Assembly (NCBI GenBank): GCA_963666035.2
Contig: CAXXJI010000008.1
Coordinates: 22,715-86,714 of the forward strand
Reading direction: 5' to 3'
Source of the DNA: Christensenellaceae bacterium
GTDB lineage: Bacteria; Bacillota; Clostridia; Christensenellales; CALMFG01
DNA length: 64,000 bases
The notes below the pieces were generated by a model that saw only the letters and a program-made list of their open reading frames with translations, had not been told where the DNA came from and did no database searches. Position numbers and translations under genes: made by a program. Below are positions 1 to 8,742 of the stretch, one piece after another. Numbering within the stretch: position 1 is the stretch's first letter; each line of letters opens with the position of its first letter.

Positions 1-67
1 AAATGGAGAAGGGATGGATGAGACGTTTCAGTTGACGAGGATTGGGTATCGGGCGCGTAGTTATTAA
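1..67 (+). CDS. 3' fragment of a small phage-associated protein (paralog of 50715..50957), truncated by the window edge
   Basis: nt 1-54 match 50867-50920 with 4 mismatches. Reads NGEGMDETFQLTRIGYRARSY* versus NGEGMHESFLLTRIGYRARGIYGG in the paralog. Confidence 0.5.
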   Translation, partial: NGEGMDETFQLTRIGYRARSY

Positions 68-71
68 GAAT

Positions 72-105
72 ATGAAAAATAGAGCCATGCTGAAACAGCT
101 GGCTC
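72..105 (-). terminator. Rho-independent terminator of 140..1336
   Basis: Minus strand reads GAGCCAGCTGtttCAGCaTGGCTC followed by TATTTTT, directly after the stop codon. Confidence 0.55.
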
Positions 106-139
106 ATATTTTCTTATACATATTTTGTACATAATAGGA

Positions 140-1336
140 TTATGGTAATGTCGGACCTTTTGTCCAATGAGCGTAGAAAGTCCTATCAGTAGAAATTTGT
201 GTTGATTTAGAGATCTTCGCGCCAAAGAATTTATCGGTATACCAACCACTGAAAGTATAACCTTTGCGTGTTGGCTTTGGCAATGTTCCCACTTTAGCAT
301 TGTTCTTTACAGTTTTTGTTCTAGGCGAAACAGAACCGCCATTTGCGTCAAAAGTAACAGTTCTATTAATTGTCCATTGCGCGTAATAAGTAGTATCGGC
401 GGTGATTTTGGTAGAAGTAGAGATTTTTGTACCGCCAGTTTTCGCTGTGTACCAACCATTAAAAGAGTAGCCTGCACGATTGATTGAAGGTAACTCGCCG
501 ATGGCTGTGTTATTCTTCACGATTTTTGGCATAAGGCAAACGGACTTTCCATTGCCATCAAAACTAACCGTTCTGTTAACAGCCCATTGGGCGTAAAAAG
601 TTTTATCCGCAGTTATTCTTGTTGAAGTAGAGATTTTTGCGCCGCCAGTTTTCGCTGTGTACCAACCATTGAAAGAGTAGCCATTGCGTGAAGGCGAAGG
701 TAGTTTACCGATGGTAAAATACTTATCAATTTTTTTTGTTGTAGGAGAAACTTCCCCTCCATTGGCATTAAAATTTACATGGCATGTTTTAGTAACGGTC
801 TGATACGCATAAACTGTACTCCATGATAGAGAAGAATCATAATTATGAATTTGAGACATGGTTACGTTTTTCCCGGCAGCAGGATCATTAAAACGGATGT
901 CATTATCTTTATATTCAATAGCCACAATCATATGTTTTGAGCCATCTGCACGCTTGAATCTTATCAAAAGCCCTTGTGGATAATTGCCGGAGGTTAGTAG
1001 TTCCTTTATTTTTGCTTTCTGGGTACCTTCTTTGAAAGTGGTCTGATCACTTATATTAACATCGAAATGATTTGCAAGTGTGCCCCAACTTGCGTTTGCA
1101 TTTTTTCCATTAATAATATAAATGTCGAGAGGGAGTTTCTTATAACCCATGTCAGTAATGACCATTGCGAAACTAGTAAGGAAACACATATTATCCAAAG
1201 TTTTCCCATTGCAAACAATGCCATGTTGACTATAATAAGTATGGCTAGCTGCATATGCATCAACGGGGACAATGGAAAAAATCAGGCATATAATAAGCAT
1301 TACGATTACTGCCTTGCGTCTGTTGGCTTGCTTCAT
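140..1336 (-). CDS. Secreted papain-like (C39-like) cysteine peptidase with three Listeria-Bacteroides (InlB B-type) repeats
   Basis: Signal peptide ending VDAYA. Cys in NMCFLTSFAM and His in KHMIVAIEY..NDPA. Three ~70-aa repeats (GYSFNGWYTAKTGG.KISTST.ITAD.T.YAQW) with ~210-nt DNA periodicity. Confidence 0.6.
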   Translation of the reverse strand: MKQANRRKAVIVMLIICLIFSIVPVDAYAASHTYYSQHGIVCNGKTLDNMCFLTSFAMVITDMGYKKLPLDIYIINGKNANASWGTLANHFDVNISDQTTFKEGTQKAKIKELLTSGNYPQGLLIRFKRADGSKHMIVAIEYKDNDIRFNDPAAGKNVTMSQIHNYDSSLSWSTVYAYQTVTKTCHVNFNANGGEVSPTTKKIDKYFTIGKLPSPSRNGYSFNGWYTAKTGGAKISTSTRITADKTFYAQWAVNRTVSFDGNGKSVCLMPKIVKNNTAIGELPSINRAGYSFNGWYTAKTGGTKISTSTKITADTTYYAQWTINRTVTFDANGGSVSPRTKTVKNNAKVGTLPKPTRKGYTFSGWYTDKFFGAKISKSTQISTDRTFYAHWTKGPTLP

Positions 1337-1593
1337 TTTGTTTACCTCCTACATAATATATTTAAGTGATTATAGAGCATTTCACAAAGGAAGTAAATAG
1401 AAGAAACAGTCAAAATATGCTGTATTAGTTGAAGAAATAACTCAAGATAGATATTGATATTTATATGAAAATAGTACAAAATGAAAGTTATGTGATTGCT
1501 TTTTAATTAGTCAATTTTTTAAATCTATTTCTTTAGTGTAGAATTCGAAGTTTTTTGAGAGAAACTATATTTACAAGGTTATAAAAGCTTGAT

Positions 1594-1617
1594 TTTAACA
1601 CATTTTTAACACACAAG
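1594..1617. repeat. 24-nt motif TTTAACACATTTTTAACACACAAG, copy 1 (identical copy at 52996..53019)
   Basis: Exact 24/24 match, in both cases lying between AT-rich cargo and a hairpin terminator near a prophage end. Confidence 0.8.
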
Positions 1618-1655
1618 TTTTCGATAGAAACCTTATATAAACATACGAAACTATG

Positions 1656-1683
1656 CAAAAAGCCCTGTTTTAGGGCTTTTTTT
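1656..1683. terminator. Bidirectional hairpin terminator
   Basis: AAAAAGCCCTgtttTAGGGCTTTTTTT, with A-run and T-run flanking the stem. Confidence 0.6.
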
Positions 1684-1714
1684 GATGTTTCAGAACGAAT
1701 AAATACGTTTTAAA

Positions 1715-1735
1715 GGAATCCCTCTCTCTCCGCCA
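1715..1735 (+). repeat. Orphan tRNA-Ser-like 3' end fragment (probable att scar), copy 1
   Basis: GGAATCCCTCTCTCTCCGCCA resembles a T-arm 3' half, acceptor 3' strand, G discriminator and CCA. No foldable tRNA body lies upstream. Confidence 0.45.
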
Positions 1736-1897
1736 AAACAAAGGCACTCACACAATGGGGGTGTCTTTTGTTTTGATTGAGAAAGGATTTGAACCCTAAG
1801 AGGGCGCGAAACGTTAAGAAAACGCCACTGTGTTGGCGTTTTTAGTTGAGCGGGCGAGGAGGTACGACCGAAGCCGGCGGGCGCAAGAAGCGCCTGC

Positions 1898-1916
1898 ATC
1901 CCTCTCTCTCCGCCAA
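1898..1916 (+). repeat. Orphan tRNA-Ser-like 3' end fragment, copy 2
   Basis: ATCCCTCTCTCTCCGCCAA is identical over 19 nt to 1718..1736. No tRNA body lies upstream. Confidence 0.45.
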
Positions 1917-1922
1917 GCATAC

Positions 1923-1950
1923 AAAAAGCCCTTAATGCAAGGGCTTTTTT
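1923..1950 (-). terminator. Hairpin terminator downstream of the malic enzyme locus (bidirectional)
   Basis: AAAAAGCCCTTaatgcAAGGGCTTTTTT. Confidence 0.55.
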
Positions 1951-2094
1951 CGCTAAATAAGCGTAGTCAACCATATTTGATTGATATTATTTTTTCGCCA
2001 CGCCGCTTTTTCTTGCCGCCTCCGCCACAGCTTTGGCCACATTGCGGTTTATTATATTGGTAATTGGTTCATCCCCATAGGGCCGACGCGTTCA

Positions 2095-3204
2095 TCAAAG
2101 CTTTGGCAGGCAGGCGATGACATATTCGGGTGACAGATCATCATCGCTGACAAGATCGGCCAGTGCATAGGCGGCCGCGATTTTCATATCGTCATTGATG
2201 TCGCTGGCGCGCACATCCAAAGCCCCGCGAAAGATACCCGGGAAGGCGAGCACATTGTTAATTTGGTTGGCAAAATCGCTTCTGCCCGTGCCCACCACTT
2301 TGGCGCCGGCTTCAATCGCTAAATCTGGCATAATTTCAGGGGTCGGGTTGCTCATCGCAAAGATAATGGGGTCAGGGTTCATTCTCTTTACCATTTCGGG
2401 CGTAACGATGCCCGGCGCCGAAACGCCGATAAACACATCCGCGCTTTTCAGCACATCGGCCAAACTCCCTTTCTTGAAACTGCGGTTGGAAACTTCGGCT
2501 AAATGCTTCTTGAATGGATTCATCCCTTCGGTGCGCCCCTCATAGATGGCACCCTTGCTGTCGCACAGCACCACATTTTTAAGGCCCATCTTCATCAGAA
2601 GATTGGTGCACGCGACGCCCGCGGCACCCGCACCCGAAACCACCACTTCCAGATCGGAAAGCTGCCGTCCGGTCAGGCGCATGGCATTAATCATCGCGGC
2701 GGCGGTGACCACGGCGGTGCCGTGCTGATCGTCGTGAAAGATGGGGATATCACAGCGTTCTTTCAGTTTTTGTTCAATCTCGAAACAACGGGGCGCGGCG
2801 ATGTCCTCAAGGTTAACTCCGCCGAAACTGCCCGAGATTTGATAGACCGTTTCAACGATGGTATCGACGTCCTTGGATTGAACGCAGAGCGGAAACGCAT
2901 CCACGTCGCCAAACGCCTTAAAAAGCACGCATTTGCCCTCCATCACCGGCATGCCTGCTTCGGGTCCGATGTCGCCAAGGCCCAAAACTGCGGTGCCGTC
3001 TGTGATGACCAGAACCGTATTCCAGCGCCGGGTCAGCTCATAGGAAAGGTCAATATCTTTTTGAATTGCGAGGCAAGGCTCGGCCACACCGGGGGTATAA
3101 GCCAAACTCAAAGCGTCTTTTGTATCCGCTTTGACGGTGGCAATCACTTCAATCTTGCCCTTCCATTCGTAGTGCTTTTTTAAACTCTCTTTTCGGTAAT
3201 CCAT
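2095..3204 (-). CDS. NAD(P)-dependent malic enzyme (short form); 3' end appears disrupted
   Basis: Motifs TDGTAVLGLGDIGPEAGMPVMEGK, FHDDQHGTAVV and SGAGAAG. AAGGAG RBS 6 nt before ATG 3204. The ORF-track extension to 3588 is antisense to the neighbouring gene. Confidence 0.85.
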   Translation of the reverse strand: MDYRKESLKKHYEWKGKIEVIATVKADTKDALSLAYTPGVAEPCLAIQKDIDLSYELTRRWNTVLVITDGTAVLGLGDIGPEAGMPVMEGKCVLFKAFGDVDAFPLCVQSKDVDTIVETVYQISGSFGGVNLEDIAAPRCFEIEQKLKERCDIPIFHDDQHGTAVVTAAAMINAMRLTGRQLSDLEVVVSGAGAAGVACTNLLMKMGLKNVVLCDSKGAIYEGRTEGMNPFKKHLAEVSNRSFKKGSLADVLKSADVFIGVSAPGIVTPEMVKRMNPDPIIFAMSNPTPEIMPDLAIEAGAKVVGTGRSDFANQINNVLAFPGIFRGALDVRASDINDDMKIAAAYALADLVSDDDLSPEYVIACLPKL

Positions 3205-3427
3205 TAAACGCTCCTTATATATAAAATCATTGATTGTCAAAAAACTCACAACTATAGTTATATCGGGTTTTTGCGCTTTTTTCCAGCTTTTTTTGTCTTT
3301 ATGCGTAAGATGAAGCAAAAGTTCGTAAACAATTATGGTGCAGCGTGTAAACGAAAGCTCAGGATGCTTGACGCGGGCGAAGGGGTCTAATATACTGAAA
3401 AGAACGAGAAAAGAAACGGAGCAATGA

Positions 3428-4771
3428 ATGAAAAAAACGACACTCTTAATTATATTGATTGTTTTGCTGGGGCTGCTTTCAGCCTGCAGTTTGTTGCCTG
3501 ATGCGTGGACTGCGACACCCACACCCACACCCGAGCCGACAGCCACGCCGACGCCGGCACCTACGCCTTCGCCGACGCCGGTACCCACACCTTCGCCTAC
3601 GCCCGATCCCGGACCATACGGTGACGGTGCTTATGTGACCGAGCGTTATGATATCGGGTTCCCAGACGAACTCACGACGAATTTTATCTTTAACCATTCC
3701 AATCAGGAGCGGTTTTTGGATTATGTTGTGGTGATGGCGGATGGATTTATATACCCTGAAATGGACGCGAGCGCTGAGCCGATGGCTGAAGCCGATTATT
3801 CGGAGCGTTATTTGGCGTCGGCAAAGCTCGTGAAGGGAGAAGCCGAAACCGGAACATGGTACCGTATTCATTGGACGAAAACCGTGGATGATGAGGAAGT
3901 GATGTTTACCGGATACATCAACGACGAGATTGCGGATTATCGTGAGTTCCAGATTGAAGCGGCTTATGCGGATGTATTGTTTTTGGCGGGTAAGATCGAT
4001 GAAGGCGAATACTCTTATGTGGTCAACCGCAGCAATGAGGTGAGCAAATCCAGCGATATTGATATACCGTATGATGGACAGGTGAATGAATTTGGCAAGC
4101 CTGTGGATGATTACGGTACTTTGCAGGATCAGGCGGCACCTGTGTTCGAGAACGAAGATATGACGGGCGCGTATCGCTATGCACCGGATGGTTCTTTAGC
4201 GGATGTTTTGTCCGTGGGTGAAACCATGTGTAAGATATATCTCCCCGAGTTTGACGGAACCTATTACATCCCGCGCGAGTATTTGCGCCGGAGCTATGCC
4301 AAGGATAATATCGCCATCGAAAAGCTTTCGGAAGTGGCGGTGGTGGATCGCAAAAACCAGAACATCATGTATTTTGAGCTGAGCCGCGAGACGGACGAAT
4401 GGGAGCTGCTTTCCATGAGTTATGTCTCCACAGGCACTTCCAGCGAGTATGCCGACCCGACACCGCTCGGGTATTTTGCCGTCCAAAAAACACGGAGCAC
4501 ACAGCCCTATCCTTCTGATACCACGGGTGTTGAAGCGGGCTATATGCCCTATGCGATTCGCTTTTCCGGCGGTGCTTATATGCATGGTGTGCCGGTGAAT
4601 TACACTGTGGATGCGAACGGTAACCTCGTGAAACCCGGCCCGCGCGAAAGCCATATCAGTTTGGGCGTTCAACCCGAGAGCCATATGTGCGTCAGAAACT
4701 ATACGACACATGGAAAATTCCTTTTCGGCCGCATCTCGGTTGGTAAAGCGGCTGTAATTGTGATAGAATAA
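3428..4771 (+). CDS. Lipoprotein with a C-terminal L,D-transpeptidase (YkuD) domain
   Basis: Lipobox LLSAC, Pro/Thr-rich linker, and YkuD catalytic region YMHGVP...SHMCVRN. Confidence 0.75.
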   Translation: MKKTTLLIILIVLLGLLSACSLLPDAWTATPTPTPEPTATPTPAPTPSPTPVPTPSPTPDPGPYGDGAYVTERYDIGFPDELTTNFIFNHSNQERFLDYVVVMADGFIYPEMDASAEPMAEADYSERYLASAKLVKGEAETGTWYRIHWTKTVDDEEVMFTGYINDEIADYREFQIEAAYADVLFLAGKIDEGEYSYVVNRSNEVSKSSDIDIPYDGQVNEFGKPVDDYGTLQDQAAPVFENEDMTGAYRYAPDGSLADVLSVGETMCKIYLPEFDGTYYIPREYLRRSYAKDNIAIEKLSEVAVVDRKNQNIMYFELSRETDEWELLSMSYVSTGTSSEYADPTPLGYFAVQKTRSTQPYPSDTTGVEAGYMPYAIRFSGGAYMHGVPVNYTVDANGNLVKPGPRESHISLGVQPESHMCVRNYTTHGKFLFGRISVGKAAVIVIE

Positions 4772-4807
4772 TATGGATGATATGACTTAATTTTTAAGGA
4801 GAACATA

Positions 4808-5824
4808 ATGAAACAATCACATCCGACAAGAAAAACATTTGGTGAAATCTTTACGCTGACGTTTAGGATATACTTTAAAAACTTTTGGAAAAATTTAGGT
4901 ACGGGTACACTGATCGCCGCGGTCTGTCTGCTTTTCTTCGTACCATATTATGTGAGTTATCTTTCTTCGATTAATTTCTCGGGATACCCCTTTATGAATA
5001 GTTCCATGCCGCTGAGTGCAGGCACATGGATTTCTTACTTTTTGGCATTGGCGCTGATGACGGTGTTTGGGCACAGCTTGATAACGGGATATTTTGCGCC
5101 TAAAACGATTGATTTTTTAGAACAAAAGATGCGGGAAAAAGGCGAACGTTTAAATCTGGCGTTCCAAGTATTCGGCCGAATCAGCAGTGCCCAGACGGTA
5201 TTTTTTTTGATATATATGCTGCTGCTTGCGCCGTTGGGTTACCTGATAGTCTTGCAGGCGGGGAAACTGGATACCTTGAACGTGCTTTACGGTGGTTTTA
5301 AGGCATTTATTAGCTACTTTCTTCTTGTAGCGGGGGTTGGTGTTCTCGCAGCACTCATTAATATGCTTTGTGTATTTACCGCGCAAACTGCTTTATTTGA
5401 ACAAAAGCGATGGTTTGGCGCATTCGGAAAAGCGGTTAAGACCATGGTTTCGGGTAACTTTTGGATAACGGTGGGTTATTTTATCGTATTTGGTTTGGTT
5501 ATTTCGATCGGTTCGTACTTCATTAGTATATTTATTGGGTTAATTATGTTCTTGTTTGGAATGACCATTTTTGGGTTTGGTATGGGTCTTGAAAGCTTTA
5601 TGACGGCGCCCAGCGGTCCGATGATTGCCGTCGCGATTATATTGGGCCTGATTGTGTTTGCTTTGATTGCTGCGCTTGCCGGGGCAGCCATGGGTTTAAA
5701 ATCGGTTTTCACAACGCTGGTGTACTTCAATGCCAGAACCAGGAGTGAGAACATCCCTTATCCCGGGCAAACCGATGAAAAAACAGCAGCTTTAGCTGCG
5801 GCAGATGAAAACGAAAAGAAATAG
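4808..5824 (+). CDS. Polytopic membrane protein, function unknown
   Basis: 338-aa ORF with about 7 hydrophobic segments and a GGAGA RBS. No recognisable catalytic motif. Confidence 0.55.
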   Translation: MKQSHPTRKTFGEIFTLTFRIYFKNFWKNLGTGTLIAAVCLLFFVPYYVSYLSSINFSGYPFMNSSMPLSAGTWISYFLALALMTVFGHSLITGYFAPKTIDFLEQKMREKGERLNLAFQVFGRISSAQTVFFLIYMLLLAPLGYLIVLQAGKLDTLNVLYGGFKAFISYFLLVAGVGVLAALINMLCVFTAQTALFEQKRWFGAFGKAVKTMVSGNFWITVGYFIVFGLVISIGSYFISIFIGLIMFLFGMTIFGFGMGLESFMTAPSGPMIAVAIILGLIVFALIAALAGAAMGLKSVFTTLVYFNARTRSENIPYPGQTDEKTAALAAADENEKK

Positions 5825-5876
5825 TCTTGAGTGAAGATTAAAACAGCCGCTTTTAGCGGCTGTTTTTGTATATTCA

Positions 5877-6719
5877 TTATTCTTCAATAAAAGCAACAGC
5901 CACAGCACCTGGTCCGGCATGTGTGCCCACCACCGGACCGATGTCTGTCTCGATGATTTCGGTCGGTGCGTAATGCTTTTCAATCCATTCACGGAAGATA
6001 GCCAGATTCTCTCGGGCGTTGGTATGGCCAAGCACAAGGCGCTTGCCATCCAGCGTTTGATCGGAATGGCTGATGAGGTGAGCCACCTCGGCAAACGCTT
6101 TTTTCAAGCCCCTTGCCTTGGAGGCCGAATCGACCAATCCGTCAGAAATGGTCAAAATCGGTTTGACGTTTAAAACTTCGCCTACAGCCGCTGCCGATGC
6201 TTTAATACGGCCGCCTTTTTTGAGGTACTTTAGGGTATCAATGATAAAGTAAAGCCTCGCGTGACGCTTCATGGATTCCAAAATGGATACGATTTTGGTA
6301 CGGGTCTTGCCCTGATTGACAAGATCGATGGCTGTCAGCACCACGTGCATGGCGGCGATTGCGACTGTTTCGGTGTCGATCAGCGAGATTTTGTCGCTCT
6401 CCAAATTATTTTGGGCGATAAAGGCCGATTGGTATGTACCGGAAAGCTTTGATCCGATAAAGATACCGATAATCTCATCGCCTTCATCCAAAATCTTTTT
6501 AAAGATCGCCGTGAATTCTTCCGGGTTCACCTGCGCTGTCGAAGGCAGTTCTTCCACTGTCGCCAGCTTTTCATAGAACTCTTCTTTTGTAATATCCACA
6601 CCTTCCACGTATTCTTTTTCGCCGAAGATGACCTTAAGCGGGACGACTGTGATGTTATTCTTTTTTGCGATTGACTCGGGCAGGTCACACGTGGTATCCG
6701 TAACAATCCGTATAGCCAT
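5877..6719 (-). CDS. degV: DegV family fatty-acid-binding protein
   Basis: N-terminus MAIRIVTDTTCDLP and family-typical length and architecture. Confidence 0.85.
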   Translation of the reverse strand: MAIRIVTDTTCDLPESIAKKNNITVVPLKVIFGEKEYVEGVDITKEEFYEKLATVEELPSTAQVNPEEFTAIFKKILDEGDEIIGIFIGSKLSGTYQSAFIAQNNLESDKISLIDTETVAIAAMHVVLTAIDLVNQGKTRTKIVSILESMKRHARLYFIIDTLKYLKKGGRIKASAAAVGEVLNVKPILTISDGLVDSASKARGLKKAFAEVAHLISHSDQTLDGKRLVLGHTNARENLAIFREWIEKHYAPTEIIETDIGPVVGTHAGPGAVAVAFIEE

Positions 6720-6834
6720 GCGTTATTTCCTTTCTGCCGTTTAGGCAAGGCGGCTTAGGCCTTTCATATAAAATATTAATTATTTCAATCAGTGAAAAAA
6801 TCCACTATATTGTTAGCTATTCTAACAAGTTTCT

Positions 6835-6864
6835 AAAAAAAAAGCAAGCCTCCTAGGCCTGCTT
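6835..6864 (-). terminator. Rho-independent terminator of the 8540->6879 operon
   Basis: Minus strand reads AAGCAGGCCtaggaGGCTTGCTT plus a T-run. The G-U pair works only on the minus strand. Confidence 0.6.
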
Positions 6865-6878
6865 GTTGTACCGCCTGT

Positions 6879-7304
6879 TTAGTCGATGACATTTTCGGTG
6901 AAGGCCAGCCCTTTTTCGGACAAAAGCAGAGAGACTTCCAGCCATGTTTTCTGCTTGGCGGTGCCTTGATAGTCGGAAAGCGTCACGTCCATCAAATCGG
7001 CGTCATCCAGCTTGGCGCTGAGATCATTTAAGGTGATGCTTTCACCCATATAGTAGATATCGTATTCGGAAATGATAATTTCATCGCTGCTTTTTGCTGC
7101 AGATTTTAGGTTGTCTTCCGTATGGTTTGAAATGCTGTAGGTTTGCTGTTCCAAAAGGCTGTCGCGAAAATCATTCAGTCCTGGGAAGATATCTCCAAAC
7201 AGGGCGGCCAAAAACAGAACAACCGCCAAAAGAACGGTCACAAAAAAGTTTCTGATCGGATGCCGTTTTTTTCTGCTCTTCTTGGATTCAAATTCATTCA
7301 TCAT
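6879..7304 (-). CDS. Membrane-anchored protein, third gene of the MotA/ExbB-like operon
   Basis: Single N-terminal TM (FFVTVLLAVVLFLAALFG). Overlaps the upstream gene by 11 nt. Confidence 0.5.
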   Translation of the reverse strand: MMNEFESKKSRKKRHPIRNFFVTVLLAVVLFLAALFGDIFPGLNDFRDSLLEQQTYSISNHTEDNLKSAAKSSDEIIISEYDIYYMGESITLNDLSAKLDDADLMDVTLSDYQGTAKQKTWLEVSLLLSEKGLAFTENVID

Positions 7305-8037
7305 CAGTACGCTCCTTTATAAAAAGTTCGGCGCTGTAGTAATTTTTTGCACCGTATTTTTCAGTCAGCTCATTGATCGCCTGCCAGGTCAACGACCAGG
7401 CATAGTGGTAGACTTCGGGGTTATCGGTGGAGAGGGTGACAAAGACCATCGAAGATCCACCCGGCCGCGCGTCGATGACGCCCGAAATCGCATCCTTCAC
7501 CGACTGTTTTTTTTCGGCTTTGCTGTCCGCGGTGGTGATATCTGAGATGCGGATATTTACGGGTGTTTTTTCACCATTGATGACGATACGGTTGTCTTCG
7601 CCGCTTAAAACCACTTCGATGAAGTAGAATTCACGGGATAACAATTCATACATCACCATGCTTTTGGCCGTGACATCGGCATCGGTATATGACGAAAGAT
7701 AGGTGCTGACGCTCTGCGTTGTCTGTTGGGACAAAAGGGTTTCAAGTTCGTCATTATTCAGCGAGAAATAGCGGGCAATGCCTTCCGCAGTGATATCCAG
7801 TGTAGCGGCCTGCGCATCCAGCGCCGCCTCGAGATGTGAAACTTTCAACGATAGTGCTTCGTTTTCAGCTTCCAATACATCGATGGCCGCGGCGTTATCC
7901 GCTTCGCTTGAAGCCAGCCGGTTTTCGGTGTCGGCCAGTTTAGTATGGGTGGAAGCCAGAATAAACATAAACCCGAACACCAGAAGTAAAATGACATCAA
8001 GAAGGGGCGTTAAGTCGATATGCGCGCGTTTTCTCAT
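7294..8037 (-). CDS. ExbD/TolR-like protein with a long coiled-coil and an extra C-terminal domain
   Basis: N-terminus RKRAHIDLTPLLDVILLLVFGFMFIL matches the ExbD/TolR TM signature, followed by an Ala/Glu/Leu-rich coiled coil. 4-nt overlap with the upstream gene. Confidence 0.55.
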   Translation of the reverse strand: MRKRAHIDLTPLLDVILLLVFGFMFILASTHTKLADTENRLASSEADNAAAIDVLEAENEALSLKVSHLEAALDAQAATLDITAEGIARYFSLNNDELETLLSQQTTQSVSTYLSSYTDADVTAKSMVMYELLSREFYFIEVVLSGEDNRIVINGEKTPVNIRISDITTADSKAEKKQSVKDAISGVIDARPGGSSMVFVTLSTDNPEVYHYAWSLTWQAINELTEKYGAKNYYSAELFIKERTDDE

Positions 8038-8540
8038 TTGCTTTCGCCTTTAATCGCGGTTTTGACCAGCATGGAAAAGTTCTCCCGGTTGGCATCGGTA
8101 CGCGCCGCAATGGGCGCTTCCAGTGCTTTGCATAGGGTGGCACCCACCAACCCCCAGAAGGTGGAAGTTAAGGCGGCCATAAAGTTTAAGCCGACAGTCT
8201 CGGTAGTGAAACTGTCAATCCGCATCAGCGCAATCACCGTGCCGAGGATGCCGAGCAGCGGCAGAATGCTCGTGATGGAAATAAAAGAATAATAGAGGCG
8301 ATCTTCTTTTTCACGCATATGACGCAGTTTGTGCAGGTTAAACGCTTCGGGTTTGTCAGAAGCTACGGTTTTCAGTGCCTCGGCTACCGGCAGATACACC
8401 ACTTTTTTAAGGTGACTATCCAGCTGACTTGAGACCATCCGAAGCCGTACTGCAACGAAACCGATATTGATGGCAATCAGCGCCACCACCAGAATATCAT
8501 ACCCCTTTAAACCTTGTGCTATCGCCGAAAAGAAATTCAT
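8034..8540 (-). CDS. MotA/TolQ/ExbB proton-channel family protein (small, 3 TM)
   Basis: Three TM segments, with ILPLLGILGTVIALM and FMAALTSTFWGLVGA typical of the family. Confidence 0.6.
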   Translation of the reverse strand: MNFFSAIAQGLKGYDILVVALIAINIGFVAVRLRMVSSQLDSHLKKVVYLPVAEALKTVASDKPEAFNLHKLRHMREKEDRLYYSFISITSILPLLGILGTVIALMRIDSFTTETVGLNFMAALTSTFWGLVGATLCKALEAPIAARTDANRENFSMLVKTAIKGESK

Positions 8541-8742
8541 GCTTGCAGTCCCTTTCTGGTTCTTTTATCTATTATAGCATCCGATGCGCGAAATATAAAT
8601 GAAAACACGTTTTGCTTTGTTTTAGCGCAGAGAATCGAAAAAAGTGACCAAAATGTTAAGCTTGGCGAGTCTGCGCTTGTCAAGGATAAAGATTAAATAT
8701 ATAATCAATCACGAGCAAAAAGGTGTTTAAAAAAGAAGAGTT

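Noticed and set aside
1741-1870. Possible tRNA or tmRNA on the minus strand (GGGTTCAAATCC T-loop-like string)
   Set aside because: I could not fold an acceptor stem, D arm or anticodon arm around it. At best it is a degenerate tRNA remnant and not a functional gene. tRNAscan-SE would settle this.
1690-2063. ORFs 1690..1974 (-) and 1830..2063 (+)
   Set aside because: They span two hairpin terminators, the tRNA-like fragments and the out-of-frame malic enzyme tail. They have no RBS and an implausible composition.
3205-3588. N-terminal extension of ORF 2095..3588 (Gly/Val-rich MGTGVGEGVGAGVG...)
   Set aside because: It is the antisense reading of the Pro/Thr-rich linker and signal peptide of the L,D-transpeptidase gene. 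A strong AAGGAG RBS precedes ATG 3204, and malic enzyme homology starts there.
3479-3871. 130-aa Arg/Cys-rich minus-strand ORF
   Set aside because: It lies antisense within a well-supported lipoprotein gene. Its low-complexity composition is caused by the complementary PT-repeat, and it has no RBS.
7294-8540. Zorya-like (ZorAB) defence or a flagellar stator, suggested by the MotA/ExbB-ExbD-like pair
   Set aside because: The MotA-like protein is only 168 aa, whereas ZorA is several-fold larger with a long tail. The partner has an ExbD-type rather than a MotB/OmpA peptidoglycan-binding signature. No ZorC/D-like genes are present, and the context is core-like.
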